From the NCBI GenBank assembly GCA_964035545.1, contig OZ037769.1:6305929-6369928 (forward strand): a stretch of 64,000 nt of DNA. Direction: 5' to 3'. Origin of the DNA: Bugula neritina. Lineage: Eukaryota > Animalia > Bryozoa. Below, in pieces: positions 40,001 to 54,180 of this stretch (its first letter is position 1; each line of letters starts with the position of its first letter). Under the pieces are notes generated by a model. It saw only the letters and a list, made by a program, of their open reading frames with translations, did not search any database and was not told the origin of the DNA. The position numbers were made by a program, and so were the translations under genes.

Positions 40001-43000
40001 ATTGATCTGCCTAATTAAAATAGTCCCAAAGTTTGCATTAAAAACATATTTATAACGTTTTTCCTCGAAGCTGACAGCAAATAAAACATGGAAGTCATAC
40101 CTACAAGCAGCAATCGATAGCTCTATCATACAACAAAACTTTAAATAGTTTAGAATGCTCAAGGTGATGTGAATCAAAAAGCTGAATATTCTCTTCTCCT
40201 GCAGCTACAGCTGAAGGACTAAAGCAAAGGTAAAACAGCACAAGTTTATAATTATAAACCATACTTTACTACATTAAGTGAAGGCCTGCAACTACATATA
40301 AACAAAAATGTATATGTTGTAGTGCAAATATTTCTAATTAGTGAAAGTGTAACTTTAAACAAAACTATATTTGCCCCAATTGACACACATAACCAGTGCA
40401 GACAACTTAGTTCAGGCTCTTCATAAATTTACCCTGGAAAACAAGGACTTTTTTCCAAGCTAGGTTTTAGAAAAGGACACATATATATTGTGGAACCAAG
40501 ATAGTATATATAACCTATAACTAGTATAAATTATGCTAAATGTTGTGCCTGGATTCATTACATAACATGCATTCAGCTAATAAATCGAAGAACTTTAAAG
40601 CATGGAACAGGTAGTCGAAGGAGTTGTCTTTACATCAGTCTATGGAAACGTTGACATAGCTGGTTTTTAAAAAATATTTTGTTCTAGTTTTAGCAGAGGC
40701 GAGCGACGTGTTTCCCAATAAATACAATATCGCATTTCAATTGAGAAAAATGTTCAGCAGTTGAGGGTAGAAAAGTTACAGCTCCTTACCTTCGTCTATA
40801 AGTTGATTGAGCACCAACTTCACCCACCTAGTGTTATACCCGTACAACCCTCTGTTCAGCACATCACATCTTCTGCAAACAGTTCAACAGAATGCTAAAA
40901 TATTTACATACTTAAGAAAATGAATGTTTTTTGAGGACTAAAACCAAAGTTGTTGTAAGTATGGGAAGATGATGTAATAGTAGTCGATTATATAAACATG
41001 GAATTATCTGCTCAATGCAAAATTTTCAGCAGTTTGGTAGAATAGGTCTCAGCAAATTGAATATATCTCAAAATAAGAGTAACAAACACAATAGGTTTGA
41101 TATCAAAAAATTATTCCCAAGTTACTCAATAACATTTTTCTTTCTTCATCAAGTTTTTCACAAAGGGAGTAAACAGTTTTTTGTGTGCAGGTAATATTTA
41201 CTAATGGAATAACCCTCTTTATTGAAAATTAAATAAATTTGCCATATCTTTTCAAGTACGGGCCTATCAAGATTACAGACTTATGATAGTCGCAACCTGC
41301 TGTAATTGAGGAAATAGGTAGAGCTAGACAAAAAGCATATGTTGCACATGTATAGGAACTGCTCAAGATTTGGGCCCAAAAGCTTCAGCATTGTGTTATA
41401 TAGAAGCGCCATGACAGGTTATAAAGAAGTATTATGAAATACTATATGGGAGTGTCACGACAGGTTATGTAGAAGTGTCATGACAGGTTATATAGAAGTG
41501 TCATGACGTAATGATTCTCAACTAACTAAACAGAGACCTATATAGACCTGTATACTTTATGCATATTATGTGATAAATTGAGCCTAAACATAAATGAAAG
41601 TTTTTCTCCAAATTTTATTTGAAGTTTTTGCATAGATGAATTTCCATCAACATGCTTATTTGAACTTCAAATACAATATAATTAAAACATATATTGCTAT
41701 AAATAATTTAGAAAATACCTATATATAATCATTTATTGGTAGTATTCTTATGAGATATAAAATGTTACCTGTAATGCAATCCTACCTCATCAACTACAAT
41801 ATTATTGAAGAAACAGTAACCATAAGTGTACATTTTATACTGCAGGATATATGCTAAATATACCAAATATATAAGACATAACTGGATATATTATACTGAA
41901 TATATACTGGATATATTAGATACAGTGGTTGTACTGGATAAAAGCAGCACCGAGTTGAGGGTGAATGAGTGCAGAGTTTGCAGTCAAACTCCGAACTCGA
42001 GAATTCCCAACCACTGCACTCAGTGACCAGCAATTTGGTGCTGTTTCTAGCCATTTTTTAAAGTTGTTATGTTGTACATGTCATGTAACACTAAGATATC
42101 TGAAATACTCTCGCATTGTATTAGGAAATTACTGCATGTAAAACCAAGCTCAGTGCATAACATGGATGGCTCTCAGTTTATATAACTTTTGTAGGCTTAG
42201 GCCTATGTGCAGAGGTCAAGATCAGTTGTATGTGCGTTGGCATAGTAAACAATGGTGTTAATCGCGCTGGCTGTTGTGATATTTGCCGCCTTTTGATTGG
42301 CTGGTTCAACCGAATATCGCGAAATTGATCATGCTCAATTGTGGAAATCAGGCGAAAAATTGGCCAAAAGCAAATTTGGCTGATACATTTTATGACCTAA
42401 CAAAATCGGCCAACAGTTTTCGGCCGATTTTGTTGCAAAATCGGCCTGTGTACATGTGTAATGGATTTTAACCCTCTAGTAATTATATCTCATAACTATT
42501 ATAGTTGACTTGGCGTAACTTTCGAAATGCTGTTAAATGTTGTAATTATAGCTAAACTTTTAGCGTAATGATTGTGAATTGCCCTTCCTATTTTTTGTTT
42601 GTTTATAAAATACTATAATAGTTTTTCTTGAGTTATGGTCCCCCGCCACTTTTTTTGTAAATAATCTTTGATAAGTTATATGTGAGCCGAAGTTCGGAGC
42701 TTGGAGGCGCAACTTCGGAAGGGCCTGCTCGATTTCGGATAGATCCTTCCGACTTCGGCCAACGGAACTCCGAATTTCGCCGAGTTTCGGACACCCAAAG
42801 TGGCAGGGAATTTTGTTAGTGTATAAGTGGGAGAGTTTCCAATGCTAAGTCAGTTTAACACTGGAGCTCACCAACGACGGATCTACAGGAGAATAAAGAG
42901 ACCTATATCAAGAGTATTCAAAAGACTTTTATTCATCAAAGCATAGTATAGGCATGCAGATTGCTTAATCTTTTTCATCATAACCCACAAGTTTACTACA

Positions 43001-46000
43001 CATGCAGCTTTAACTAGTAAGAGTTTAAAAACTTTCTCAAATTAAACACTATAATAGTTGAGCTTCAGGTATTTTCTCTTATGCTAGCTACCACGTCATA
43101 TGCCGGTTTTTATTAATTTATTATGTCTGTTGCTGGTAAAAATAGATAATAAATAGTCATTATGTCAATATCATGCCCTCATGGTTTCAGTTGTTAGGAG
43201 TTAGAGCATATTATTATAACTCAGCTGATAATGGAAAGCCTTGGGCGTCTCTTTGGGATAAGGAGGTATAAATATATGAGAAGTATGTAGATGACAAAGA
43301 TGTTATGAAAGGGAGTTAAATTCTTGACCTAACACATTGTTACTCAATTTTCAACTTCAAAAACGAATTACATTCTCACACAAACGCCATCTAGTTTACT
43401 ACAGCTCATCACAAGGCAAGTTTGTCAGCTCTCTTATTACAAGTTGTAAGACACATCTCTACGTACTGTTTATGACACACAGATTACTGCAGTGAACTGT
43501 TCAGCACCTGGTAAGTTACAGCTTATAACAGTATTGATAATACTTCTAACTGTTCTAACCTTGAAACAAGAAATGGTCTTTTTTATTCAAATAAGTGAAA
43601 ATTATACTTAATTATGCTAGTTGGATTTCTTCAATTTAAATATGATACTAATACAGCAATAGAAGAAACTAAACTTTATAACTGCAATAAAAGTGCAATT
43701 AAACATTTCCTTGTAATCGAAACTGAAAAATATGTTAACTTTTAGATTGTCAAGTTTAATTCTTACTAAGTATAAATCTACAGAACATTCTCTGAAGAGA
43801 TGGAAGAACAATATGTGGTAAGTTATTATATTCAACTAAAAGAGATAGTGTAGATTATCCATGACTTGAGATATGTACACTGCACTTGCTTTGATTCTAA
43901 ACTTGATTTGTCGTTTGTGGATCATTTCAAGAAAAGATACAAAAAAAACTAAAACCACTCTTGATTTGACATTTATAACTTATATGACTGCCAAACAAAC
44001 ATGTGTACATACTACACATGCACGTACACACAAATTAGGCAAGTTTCAGATGCTTTCTTAGTGGTATAGAATAAAATTTACTGCTGTCTACATATATGTA
44101 TTGCTGTATTTTCATATTTGCAAGACTTAACTCTATGAGTTCCCAGTATACTTTATTTTATAAAAATAGGTTTCTGTCAACACTAAAACAAGTTCAGTAA
44201 ACTTCTATAAAATCAACATTTACAGTTAATCTTAGTGTAATTTTATTATGCTATTTTTTCATAGCATAATTCAACTATATTATGTGTTTTGCATGTCAAT
44301 ATTGTGTTCTCTTATAAGTAATAGATTTATTTTGTATCAATTTTATAAGTATCTTGTATATGGACATATTGTAGATTACCGAAGAAGAGCTGAGAGATTT
44401 CAAAATAGCTTACTGTTGTGCACCTGGTGGAAAATATAACCTAGAAGCTCCAATACCGTTCCTAAGGAAGTTAGCTGATGGCTATTCGAAAAAATATAAA
44501 ACTACTGGTGATTGGGCGGACATTGTAAAGGTACTAAGCAAACGCACAAAAAAACTACCGAAATTCACCTATATCGACTTCAATTTTTGTTGCGAACTCA
44601 TGCCTTAGCTTTTAAAAATTGTAATGTATAGTTAATGTCATTTAAAACTATGAGTCATGACAGTTGTGTAAACCAGCAGAAGTTTGAATATTATATTGTA
44701 CTTTTTTGTGAAAAAAAAGCTATTAACAGTATTGCATTACCTACAAAGGATTGGTAAAAAGGAATTTAATGAGCTACTAGCAATATTGGGAATCAGTAAA
44801 TTCTTCATCCCACTGAATATATATATAATAGTTGCAATCCTATCCATAAAATAATTATTTATTATATATAGTATGAATTATTTTTTCAAGCTATTGACAC
44901 CGACTGATAAGAAAACCTATAACTTTGTCATTTTAACTTTATGACTTTTCAAAATCATTTTAGAGTCATGCTTTGTGCAACTCCATAGCTAAGCGAAAAG
45001 CTGATGAAGCCGACTTGTGGAATAAAAAGGCTTTTGAAGCACAGAAAGCTTATTGGAAAGAAAATGGAGTTTGGAGCTATGAAGTCCAAATGCATGTGAC
45101 TGGTCAACTGGTTGATGAACTAGAAGAAATAAGGGAAGAGTGTAGAATGCAGAATAATCAAATTGAACACATAGTTGCACAGTATAACAATGACAAGGTT
45201 ACAAGGGCTAACTTTACTGAGCAGTTTGTTTCAGGCGTCAAACAAATTTCGCTGACTAGTTCTCAGAAAATGGCAGCGTTTGCAAAAAAGGTGTTCGAGT
45301 TCAGTGTCGCTAGTCTGTCCATTCTTCCTCCTTGTAAGTTTTGTGTGGTAGCACTGGGTTCTTTAGCTAAAGGCGAAGCAACACCCTACTCAGACTTAGA
45401 GTATTTGTTTCTAATTGAATCTTCCAATTGTGAAACAATCGCTTATTTTGAAAAACTTGCTCTTTCAAGCTATTTCATCATTGGAAACTTGCAAGAAACA
45501 GATTTAGGGTACATGGCAATAACAGAGCTGAAAGGATGGTTTGATGACACACAAAAAAGTGGTTTCAAAATTGATGGATTGAAAGATGGAGCTGGAAACA
45601 TTCCAACTGGCAATGGATCTACTTCTCAGCGAAACCATTTCATCGTCACTCCAACATCTCTAATTCACAAATACAAATCAGTTTTAGATAACCCTCAAAG
45701 TGATGCTATTGTTGGAGATCTCACTGCTAAATTACAGTTCACCAGACTAGTATACTACCACGGAGATGGTGCGGAAAAACTCTTAGATCAATTCTCGGAA
45801 CAAAAGCTTATGCTACAGCCCAATGACATAAGGCAGAAAGTCAACAGAGAAATGTTTATTGCTGATACAAAGAAATATGGCTTTAAGCCTACAGAAGAAA
45901 TGATAAATAATGGATTTTCAATCAATACAAAAAAGGAACTGTATCGATATCCATCAATCTTGCTTTACAACATTTTGATATTATTCAACATATCATTGAC

Positions 46001-49000
46001 CCATTCATGGGAAGGTTTGAACAACCTCAAAGAAATGAAACATATTTCTGTCTCCATACACGAGCACATTCTATTTTTGTTAGCATGTGCATGTTACCTT
46101 AGACTTTCAACATATCATTTTTATGATTCAGCTGAAGAAAGCTTGTCCGTTCTTTCAGTGAATTATTTTACTTACCCTGATGTTCGAAAGACTAGCATAG
46201 CAGAGACAAAAACTAGAAAAAAATGGTTCCTTCCACAAAAACTGTTTAACCTTCATTGTGAGTATTCAACACCCTTAAAGAAGCACATTAGCGCATGCAA
46301 GATTGACAATATTGAAGATGTTATAAAAACAGCTGTTCAACAACCCAACTGGCTTGTGAAATTTCAAACTTTTCATTGTTGCAATCGTTGGTCCAAAGGA
46401 CAAGGTATTCTCCAGAAACATATCAATCTCGAAACAGTTCTAAGAAATCCTGAGCAAACTATTGACACAATTTACAGTTTAGTGAGCAATGACTTTGAAG
46501 ACTTGTGGAACACCATCAGGGCTTTAACTTATTCATTAAGTCAAGAAAGAAAGAACAAAGAAGCCCTGGCTTACCACTTGATTATTCAAAGAATGATAGA
46601 ATCAGATTTGAGTGCAAAAATCTATGAAGAGCAACAGTTAATCATGGCTGAGTCAAAAGCAGAAACTGGTATGTGCTTTTTCGCATTGACTGATTTCAAC
46701 AAAGCTATAGAGGAATACAAAAGTTCACTACAGATCCGAAGTATGTTTTTATCAAGTGACCACGACCAGTTGGCAAAAATGTACCTTTGCCTTGGAAGAT
46801 CCTACATTTATCTCTACAGATATCAGGAGGCTCACACTCATCTGTTTATTGCTCTGCAAATCTGTCACAATCAAGCATCGAAGGAAGTTGAATACAACTA
46901 CTATGGTGAAATTGTACATTCAGAAACTCCTGTGCAGCCATTAGTTGGTCTCTTGAAAATCAGTCCAAAAGACCGGCTCCGCTATTTGAACAACTCATCT
47001 ATTCTACTCGCCAATGTTTTATGGGAGATCGGATTGAATTATTTTTACACAAAGTACTTTGAGCTAGCGTTTTCTTATTTTAGCAAAGCCCAAGAGATGT
47101 TTTACGATTGTTATGGAAGTAAAGCTTGTCACAGAGACATTGCCCATCTATTTTATGCATTGGCTTGTGCTAGTTCTATGTTAGGACATCATGACGAAGC
47201 TGAGGAGTATTTCAAACGAGCGACTGCAATGACCATTCAAATCTTTGGGAAAACAAATCGATTCAAAGCTGCTGTATTACATTATTTTGCCATGAATGAT
47301 TCGAAGATTTACCATAAAGTTTTATTTAAGTTATTTTTAAGTCTACCACGCTACCGAGTAGCACACTCAGAGTCAGCAACAGTTATAAGTCGATATGGAT
47401 TGCATCTCACACACATTAGAGAATATTCTTTTGCTGAAAATGTACTGAAACAAGCACTACAGATGTACCATGACAGTGCTAATGTTGGAAATAGCAAATA
47501 CCCAGCCGGGTACATTTCTGTCACATTATCACATTTGGCTTTAAACTATTGGAAACAAGGAAAGATTCAGCTTGCCAAAAAGACTTTTGAACAATCTTTA
47601 GAGCCTTTCAATGAAATCGAGAAACTAATGCCTAGTTCTGCTGACTTAGAAAGAGGAGAAATTTTTCAAATGATGGGTGCCATGCACTTATCTCTTTTAC
47701 AATATCACAACGCAATCGTCTACTTTCGCCAAGCAAAACAAAAATTTGGGTTTGCTTGCGATGACCCTAATCATCCAAAAATTATTGAGGTTGAGAATTT
47801 AATTCGGTCTACCTCAAGGCATCTTCAAAACCAGTGACTGTAATATCTTGTTATCCAAAGAGACAGCATGGTGATTAGAATAATTGTTTTAAATGCATGG
47901 TTTGTGTGTTTTATTCATCAGCAATGTAACTTGATATAATGCTTTATGGGTTTTATACAAATACTCACGGCAAAAATCAATGATATTTTATTTGAATAAT
48001 CATAATAATGAAAGTGAATAAGTTTTATTACAATTAAAAAATTTCTATTTCTCATAGTTTTATAAGTTATCTAGCCTTTTTTAGCAAAGCGGTTTAAATT
48101 ATTCTTACTTCTGTTAAACTCCGTAGCAATTGTAAAACTTAAAATAAACAGGATTTGCAAAATATCTGCGCCTATCTTTATACTAAATTGATTCATCTAT
48201 ATTTAACTTCTATAGTTGAGTCATTATCATAAAGCGATTACGATTGTAATTCAATTATTAGAAAAACTTAAATCGCCTAGGAGATTGGACTGACAAATGG
48301 GGCATGTCGTTCAACATTGCCAAAAGTAAAATTATAGCCTTTAATCTTACACAAAACTTAGTAAAATACACCTTGAATGATTTTGAGCTCCAACACGTAA
48401 ATAGTACCAAACACCTGGGAATGTTAATTAAGTCTGATTGTAAGTATGATACACATATTCATGAGAAAGTTCTAAAAGCAAAGAGCCAACTTGGGGATGA
48501 TTAGAAGAGCACTATACTCTGTGCCACAGCATGCTCGTCTGCTATCATATAAAACCCTCTGCTCACCACATTGGGAATATGCTTGTGCTGTCTCGAACCC
48601 AGCTTGTAAAAGTGACATTGCCAGCCTGGAAGGTGTTCAGTTAGATGCTCTTCGCTTCATATCCGGCTTAAAAGGCGAACAGATTTGAATTTGCTATGGA
48701 AAAGCTTGGAATAATACCACTAGCATCCAGAAAAAGAAATAAACGCACCAGTCTGCTTTTCTAGATTTTAGCTGAAGAGGTACACCACCCAGCACTCACT
48801 GAGTCATATGACCACCTAGTTAAACAAACATCGTCAACAGTCCAAACTAGGTCCCAGGCTCAGTGCCAACCAAAATAAATATTGCAATAGTTTTCTACTA
48901 CGAACAATTGGAGTTTTCAAAAACACTATTTTTAGTTTTCACTTTTATTACATTATTTTAGCAGCGTTTTAGTAATAGAGTAGACAACTTCCAATAAAAC

Positions 49001-52000
49001 TCGTTTTAAGTCAAGTCCAAGTTAAAAGCTATACTGCAAACACTCATCCCAATCAAATCTGGCAATATGTACGTAAATTTGAAGAAAAAATATACACTAC
49101 AGAATGAAATAAATAATGCACAACTTTGATCAATTTGATAAGAGCTACTTCTTTTTATAGGCACAGAACTTTTCAAATTTCAAACAGGCATGGGATATTT
49201 ATTTGAAGGGCCGAACCTAAACTTCAATTTCCTAATATTTATTTCTACACATATTATTATTTAGAAGATCTTACACAAAATAGCTGTAACTAAAAAGTTT
49301 TTAATGCTAACAAAATACCAAAATCGTCCAGCTTAAAGATAATAACATGCTTGGTATTCCAGATATAAAGTACTATATTAAATTAACTGACCCACTTTTG
49401 AAACTGCCAATTGACTTAACAAGTTAGTCATATCGAGCAACTTGTAAAAATAACATACAGAAGTTCCAATCGCTAACTGCTATGCTATGCTGTATATTTG
49501 CCAGCATGGCGTAAGACTGCATTGTAAAAAAACTGTAAACCTTGTTTTAGCTGAAATGTATGCGTGCAGTTATGTTTATAACATATTTTTTAGGCTTTGA
49601 TTTTATAAAACAGCTATACTAGCCAGGTACTTGTTGAATGAGTTCCATTTCTAATACTTAAAACATTAAGATCTAATATATCACATAGTGTAAATAGTCA
49701 CAGGCATGCTTCATATACTAAAAGAGGACAAAGAACTAGTAGGCTGATTGTAAAAACTTACATCCAGTTTCTAGGTGCCAAAATGATACAGCAGTTGACC
49801 TAGTTTTTGCTGATGCTACCAGCATATCTGCATGTGTGAAACAATCAAAATTATAAAACCTCAACTGCCAGCAGAGAGAAATGGTCTATTAATATATTGT
49901 AATGTACAATTGTAAACACATGGAAGAAGGGATTGAAACAAAAGAAAATCTGTAGTAAGAAGTCAATTTTATAGAAAATTCAAACTTGTGTTAGTTCAAG
50001 AATATAGGCTCGTCCATTGTAGACAGGTGATCTAAATATATGCACCCAAACCGCCTATTATGTTATGTGAGCATAAGAGAAGACAACTACACAATACTGA
50101 AATGACACGGTAATAAAATAAGTGCATATAATAATTGTACTGGAACATACTGTCAGTGATCAAACTGAAATAGTGACATGAAAAGCTGGTGATTTTTTAT
50201 TTTCACAATCAAATCAATGTTATGGTTGATTTTACTTAACTTAGCATGATAACCTTTTCAGAATACTTGGAGCTGCATTTGTGTAAAGAGTTGTCTATTT
50301 ATATATGCAGATATTTCATATTAGAGTTGAATATAAATTATTAGAAGTTATGTTGTAATAACTCACTGTAACAGAGACTGTGGCATAGGCCTGGACAGAG
50401 CTGTCCATTAAACACCCACTATGTAATGATGCTGGCTAACTTACTACCCTTATAATTCCACTGCTCATCATATACCTACTCATTATTCTTACACTGTGCA
50501 CTCTGCTGTCCAACTTCATTCAATCAAAGACAAACAAATCATTTCAGAAATAATTTTCTAGTTAAATTTCAATAATTGTTATAATTTGCTATTTTATTAC
50601 TCCCTCATGTGATACAGTTATATTGCATCTGTAATATCAACACTGTCAGAGCTGGTGTTTAAACTGCTATAGGCTGTAGCACAGCTTACCACTTTGCAAG
50701 TACAGTGTGACTATTCCATTAATATGTTTAGTATATATACAGTGCACTAAACAGTTTAACAATTTACTACTGAGATACAGTGCTTTCTAATATAATATGT
50801 TCATCCAAATACGTAAACATATATTGCCTAGTATAAATAGCATGCACCATGTGAGCAGCTTTAACGTACTACAATATACTGGATACATTCTAACTCGCTA
50901 CCTGAACAGGGCAAAGCGTAGATAAGTGAGAATATACTATACATTCCAGAATCTACTATAATACACTAAATTCTATAGAATATTACACAGGATACTACAT
51001 CAGAATCTACAATAGAGCATATATTTAGGAGTAATGCTAGTCAGGCTATTGTCTTGTGCAGCTCAACAACTTTGGATATAATTAATCCATGTATACGAAT
51101 ATAATGCTCACTATATTTATATTTTATACTTAAAAATAACTATAAAGTACAAAATAATTTAATGTAGAGGACATATGCTATGACTGAAACAATATTTCAT
51201 GATTGATATACACATGTAATTAGACTACTTATACTATGAGAGCACAAGTTACAATTTAATTACTCATATGTTTTACAAACTAAGCTTTTGAAGCTTTAAT
51301 TATTCTTACTATTCATTTAACTTTCAGATTTAGAATAATCCTAAACATTGTTATCAAGTTAGAAAATGTTCAAAATATCAGAGCTTCTTGCTCATCTGCA
51401 TACTGGTAGAGCTAATAACTAGCGTAGATTGAGAGAAGATGTAACCAACCTTTGGAAGTGATTAGATATGAGAGAGCCCCATCCACTTTGTTCAGAAAAA
51501 GCATCCTACAAAGGAAGAAGCAAGAATTGCATTACAGAAATCTCCGCCCCTGAGAGGAGGCTGGAGTTGAAAGACAGACTTTTACTACCCTTGTATTGCT
51601 GCATATATTAATAAGAATTAAACTGACTACATTTCCACACTAACTGGAGATCGTGTACACTGAAATTTTATTGAATGAAAAAGCACATATATTGGAGGTA
51701 TATGTACAGCATAATGGAGAAATTGAGAAAAGCCTGTATTCTAGATTAAAAATGTAAGAATAGAAGTTATGTTCTCACTACGCTATGTTTCTCCACTACT
51801 ACTCCTAAATGATATAGTGGGTGGAATGGCTAAACTCTCGTATAACTATAAGTAGTGTATAGATAAACTCTCTCAAGTCATATAATGTGTGCTGCTGAAC
51901 TACATAGAATGCTTATATAAAAGAAAGATATGAGAACATACATAATATACTTTATAATAGTAAAACAACATTTCATTGCTCAATTTTACTGTCTCATCAA

Positions 52001-52248
52001 GAAAGTATAACTCCCAGAGAAATAAAAATTAACTCACTACATGCAAGAGAGACAACCAGTAAATATACTCAAAATTAAGAATGTTTTATTATTCGATAAC
52101 TATATATTGTTTTAAAAAACAAGCTAAAACACTCGCTGCCAAAATTGTGATCAAATGTTTACCTATATTTATATTATGAGGAGACAACTTCTCTTACCTG
52201 CGTCTGAGAATCTCCTATCAAAAAGATTTTTGAATACTTTCTGGAACA
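37042..52248 (-). CDS. IAH1: Isoamyl acetate-hydrolyzing esterase 1 homolog (SGNH/GDSL hydrolase)
   Basis: Exons 52248-52198 ([17 protein letters not shown]), 51505-51450 (SGWGSLIS), 40872-40790 ([16 protein letters not shown]), 39141-39005 ([18 protein letters not shown]), 38105-38018, 37690-37566, 37215-37042 (DGLHL...FGL*). All four SGNH blocks are present and phases are consistent. Confidence 0.92.
41395..41507. repeat. Short ~22-bp tandem repeat (ttatatagaagtgtcatgacag-like)
   Basis: About 4 degenerate units are visible. Confidence 0.7.
43800..47837 (+). CDS. GlnD/DUF294-type nucleotidyltransferase + TPR repeat protein, paralog 1 (~1015 aa)
   Basis: Exons 43800-43817 (MEEQYV), 44375-44530, 44964-47837 join in phase 0. 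Pol-beta motif [26 protein letters not shown] (~45340-45420), helical INTKKELYR and YLRLSTYH segments, then multiple TPR-like helix pairs (e.g. [31 protein letters not shown]) ending [11 protein letters not shown]. The same exon structure is conserved in paralog 2. Confidence 0.85.
48262..48900 (+). mobile_element. Degenerate non-LTR retrotransposon (CR1/L2-group) 3' RT/ORF2 fragment
   Basis: [18 protein letters not shown]...KHLGMLI... then, after a frameshift, [21 protein letters not shown]...LEGVQ..ALRFI. Confidence 0.82.
51708..51808. mobile_element. MITE family A, internally deleted copy
   Basis: taatggagaaattgagaaaagcctg ... tttctccactactactcctaaa, as at 10441-10604. Confidence 0.7.
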
Positions 52249-52498
52249 TTGAAGCTCAGGAACACGCTGCTACCAAAAGCAAGGAGAGTTTATATAATTA
52301 TAGGTATCAAATTACCTGATTCAAAGACTGCTTAGAAATCAGAGCTAATGGGATTGAATTATCAAAACAATAAAATCAATCACAATGCATTGAATTTGAC
52401 AAAGTTCTACCAATTTGCAACATGAAGTCAGTGAGGCTACTTTTGCTCAAGAGTGACTGACTTTTGAATTGCACTACATCTATCATAGAGATGTCAAG

Positions 52499-52722
52499 GT
52501 AGCAGCCGTAGTCTAGGGGTTAGAATGTTGCTTTAGTAAACACAAAGTCGTGGGTTCGAACCCGACAAAGGCCGTTGGTGATGTTAGGAAGAGCATCCAG
52601 TCATAACATTAACTACTCCTGTGCCAGCTACCTGAATAAGTCCGTATTTAGCTCGATCTAACAAGAAAACCCTTTCCATCAAGGGTTTCTCACAGGGATG
52701 GTGACTATAAACATGCATGAGC
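52499..52722 (+). mobile_element. tRNA-derived SINE, family S1
   Basis: agccgtagtctaggggttag...gggttcgaaccc (B box), then the same body as 26149-26350. Confidence 0.82.
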
Positions 52723-54022
52723 TTTGTACCATAGAAATGTTAGTAGCTAACTATAAATATGTATTTAGTATAACCTACCTCCATAACTCATCAAATCTTC
52801 TACTAGCTATAGTGGCCTACGATGTGAACAACTAAGCCTCAACTAGAAGGAAAATATATGACAAAGTTTAAAGGTCAAATACAGTAGAAGAGAAAGAATA
52901 ACAGCTAGAAAGTTCTACAAGTCTACCATTACGTAACAAATCACATGTTAGGAGTAACTGGAGCCCAACACTTACTTGATATCTTAACGAGTAACCAGTA
53001 GTCTACTAAAAGCAAAGTATGCTAATATCCTGTGCACTCTGAGGGTGATTGAGATCAACTGTTGTGTTATTATAATAGCAAATTCCTACTTTATGGGACA
53101 ATGCTGCCCTACTTGTGAAAGCAATTAGCATAGGCAATCACTCATGATTATATTACCAGCACGTTATTACTCAAAGATATCAATATCTTACATTGTACAA
53201 ATAACAAATAGTAGGAAATTATTATTATACTCTTTTGATTGTGTGTAATATTTCCCCAACACATAATGTGTATATATATATTATGTAGCTGTAGTCTATG
53301 TTGTAGCATATAAAGTACCTTTGTCACAGCTGTGTTCATGCACCTATTAATTGCTGTAATTGAAATGCTTGTTATATTAGACAGATAATATCAAATCAGT
53401 ATAGACTATTTTAAGTTTTAAGAATGGCTATATATTATAGATTAAATTATTATAGAACATTTTCCTGATAATGATGATGATACAGAATTATTTATGCAAC
53501 AAAACTAATAATGGTAAAATAACTAAACAAATAGTATAATTAAATAATTACAGCACAACATTTAGATATTCAAAGACATAGCAGAATATTAATTTATGAA
53601 CCAAACATTTTAGATGTCAATTTGCAAGTATAATAACTATTTTATATAGGCCTACTTCATTAAAATACTCATGCTAATAAAGAACTTATGAAGATACTTG
53701 ATTTAACAAGTTGGTCATCTTGAAGCTGCTTGTAAATAATAGTATACAGTAGTTCTAATTGCTAGCTTTTATGACTGCATTGTGAATAGACTGTGAACCT
53801 TGTTTTAACGGAAATGTGTGAGAGCATGCGCTATATATGTCCATAACATATTGTGTAGTCTTTGTTTCAATAAAATAACTCTTACTCCCTAATTTATTTT
53901 TTCAATAAGTTTCAATTCTAAAACTTGAAGCACTAACATCTAATATATCATGTAAATAGCCACATGCTCCATATGCAGGTTCTAACACTAAGCTACTGAT
54001 CATGAACATTCTATTTCAAAGA

Positions 54023-54180
54023 AAGTGCAGTAAAGGAGAGATTTACGAAAGCCTGTGTAATAGATAAGGAACACTGCAAACAAATCCATGTCTGTGCCAG
54101 ATTTTCAACCTGAACTAAACCAAAATTCAAAAGCAATTAAAAACTTGGGCTGTTAGAATTTCCCTTTTACTGCATCTAAA
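54023..54180. mobile_element. MITE family A-related diverged copy
   Basis: gtgcagtaaaggaga...aaagcc / ggct...cccttttactgcatctaaa inverted termini. Confidence 0.55.

Noticed and set aside
44248-44439. Small ORFs ending ...CTWWKI (also 57548..57787), conserved in both copies
   Set aside because: Out-of-frame reading of the conserved 156-bp coding exon 2 of the NTase-TPR genes.
44973-44975. ORF-track start of the 954-aa proteins (also 58899)
   Set aside because: These are TTG codons 9 nt inside a spliced exon. The likely ATGs are at 43800 and 57242.
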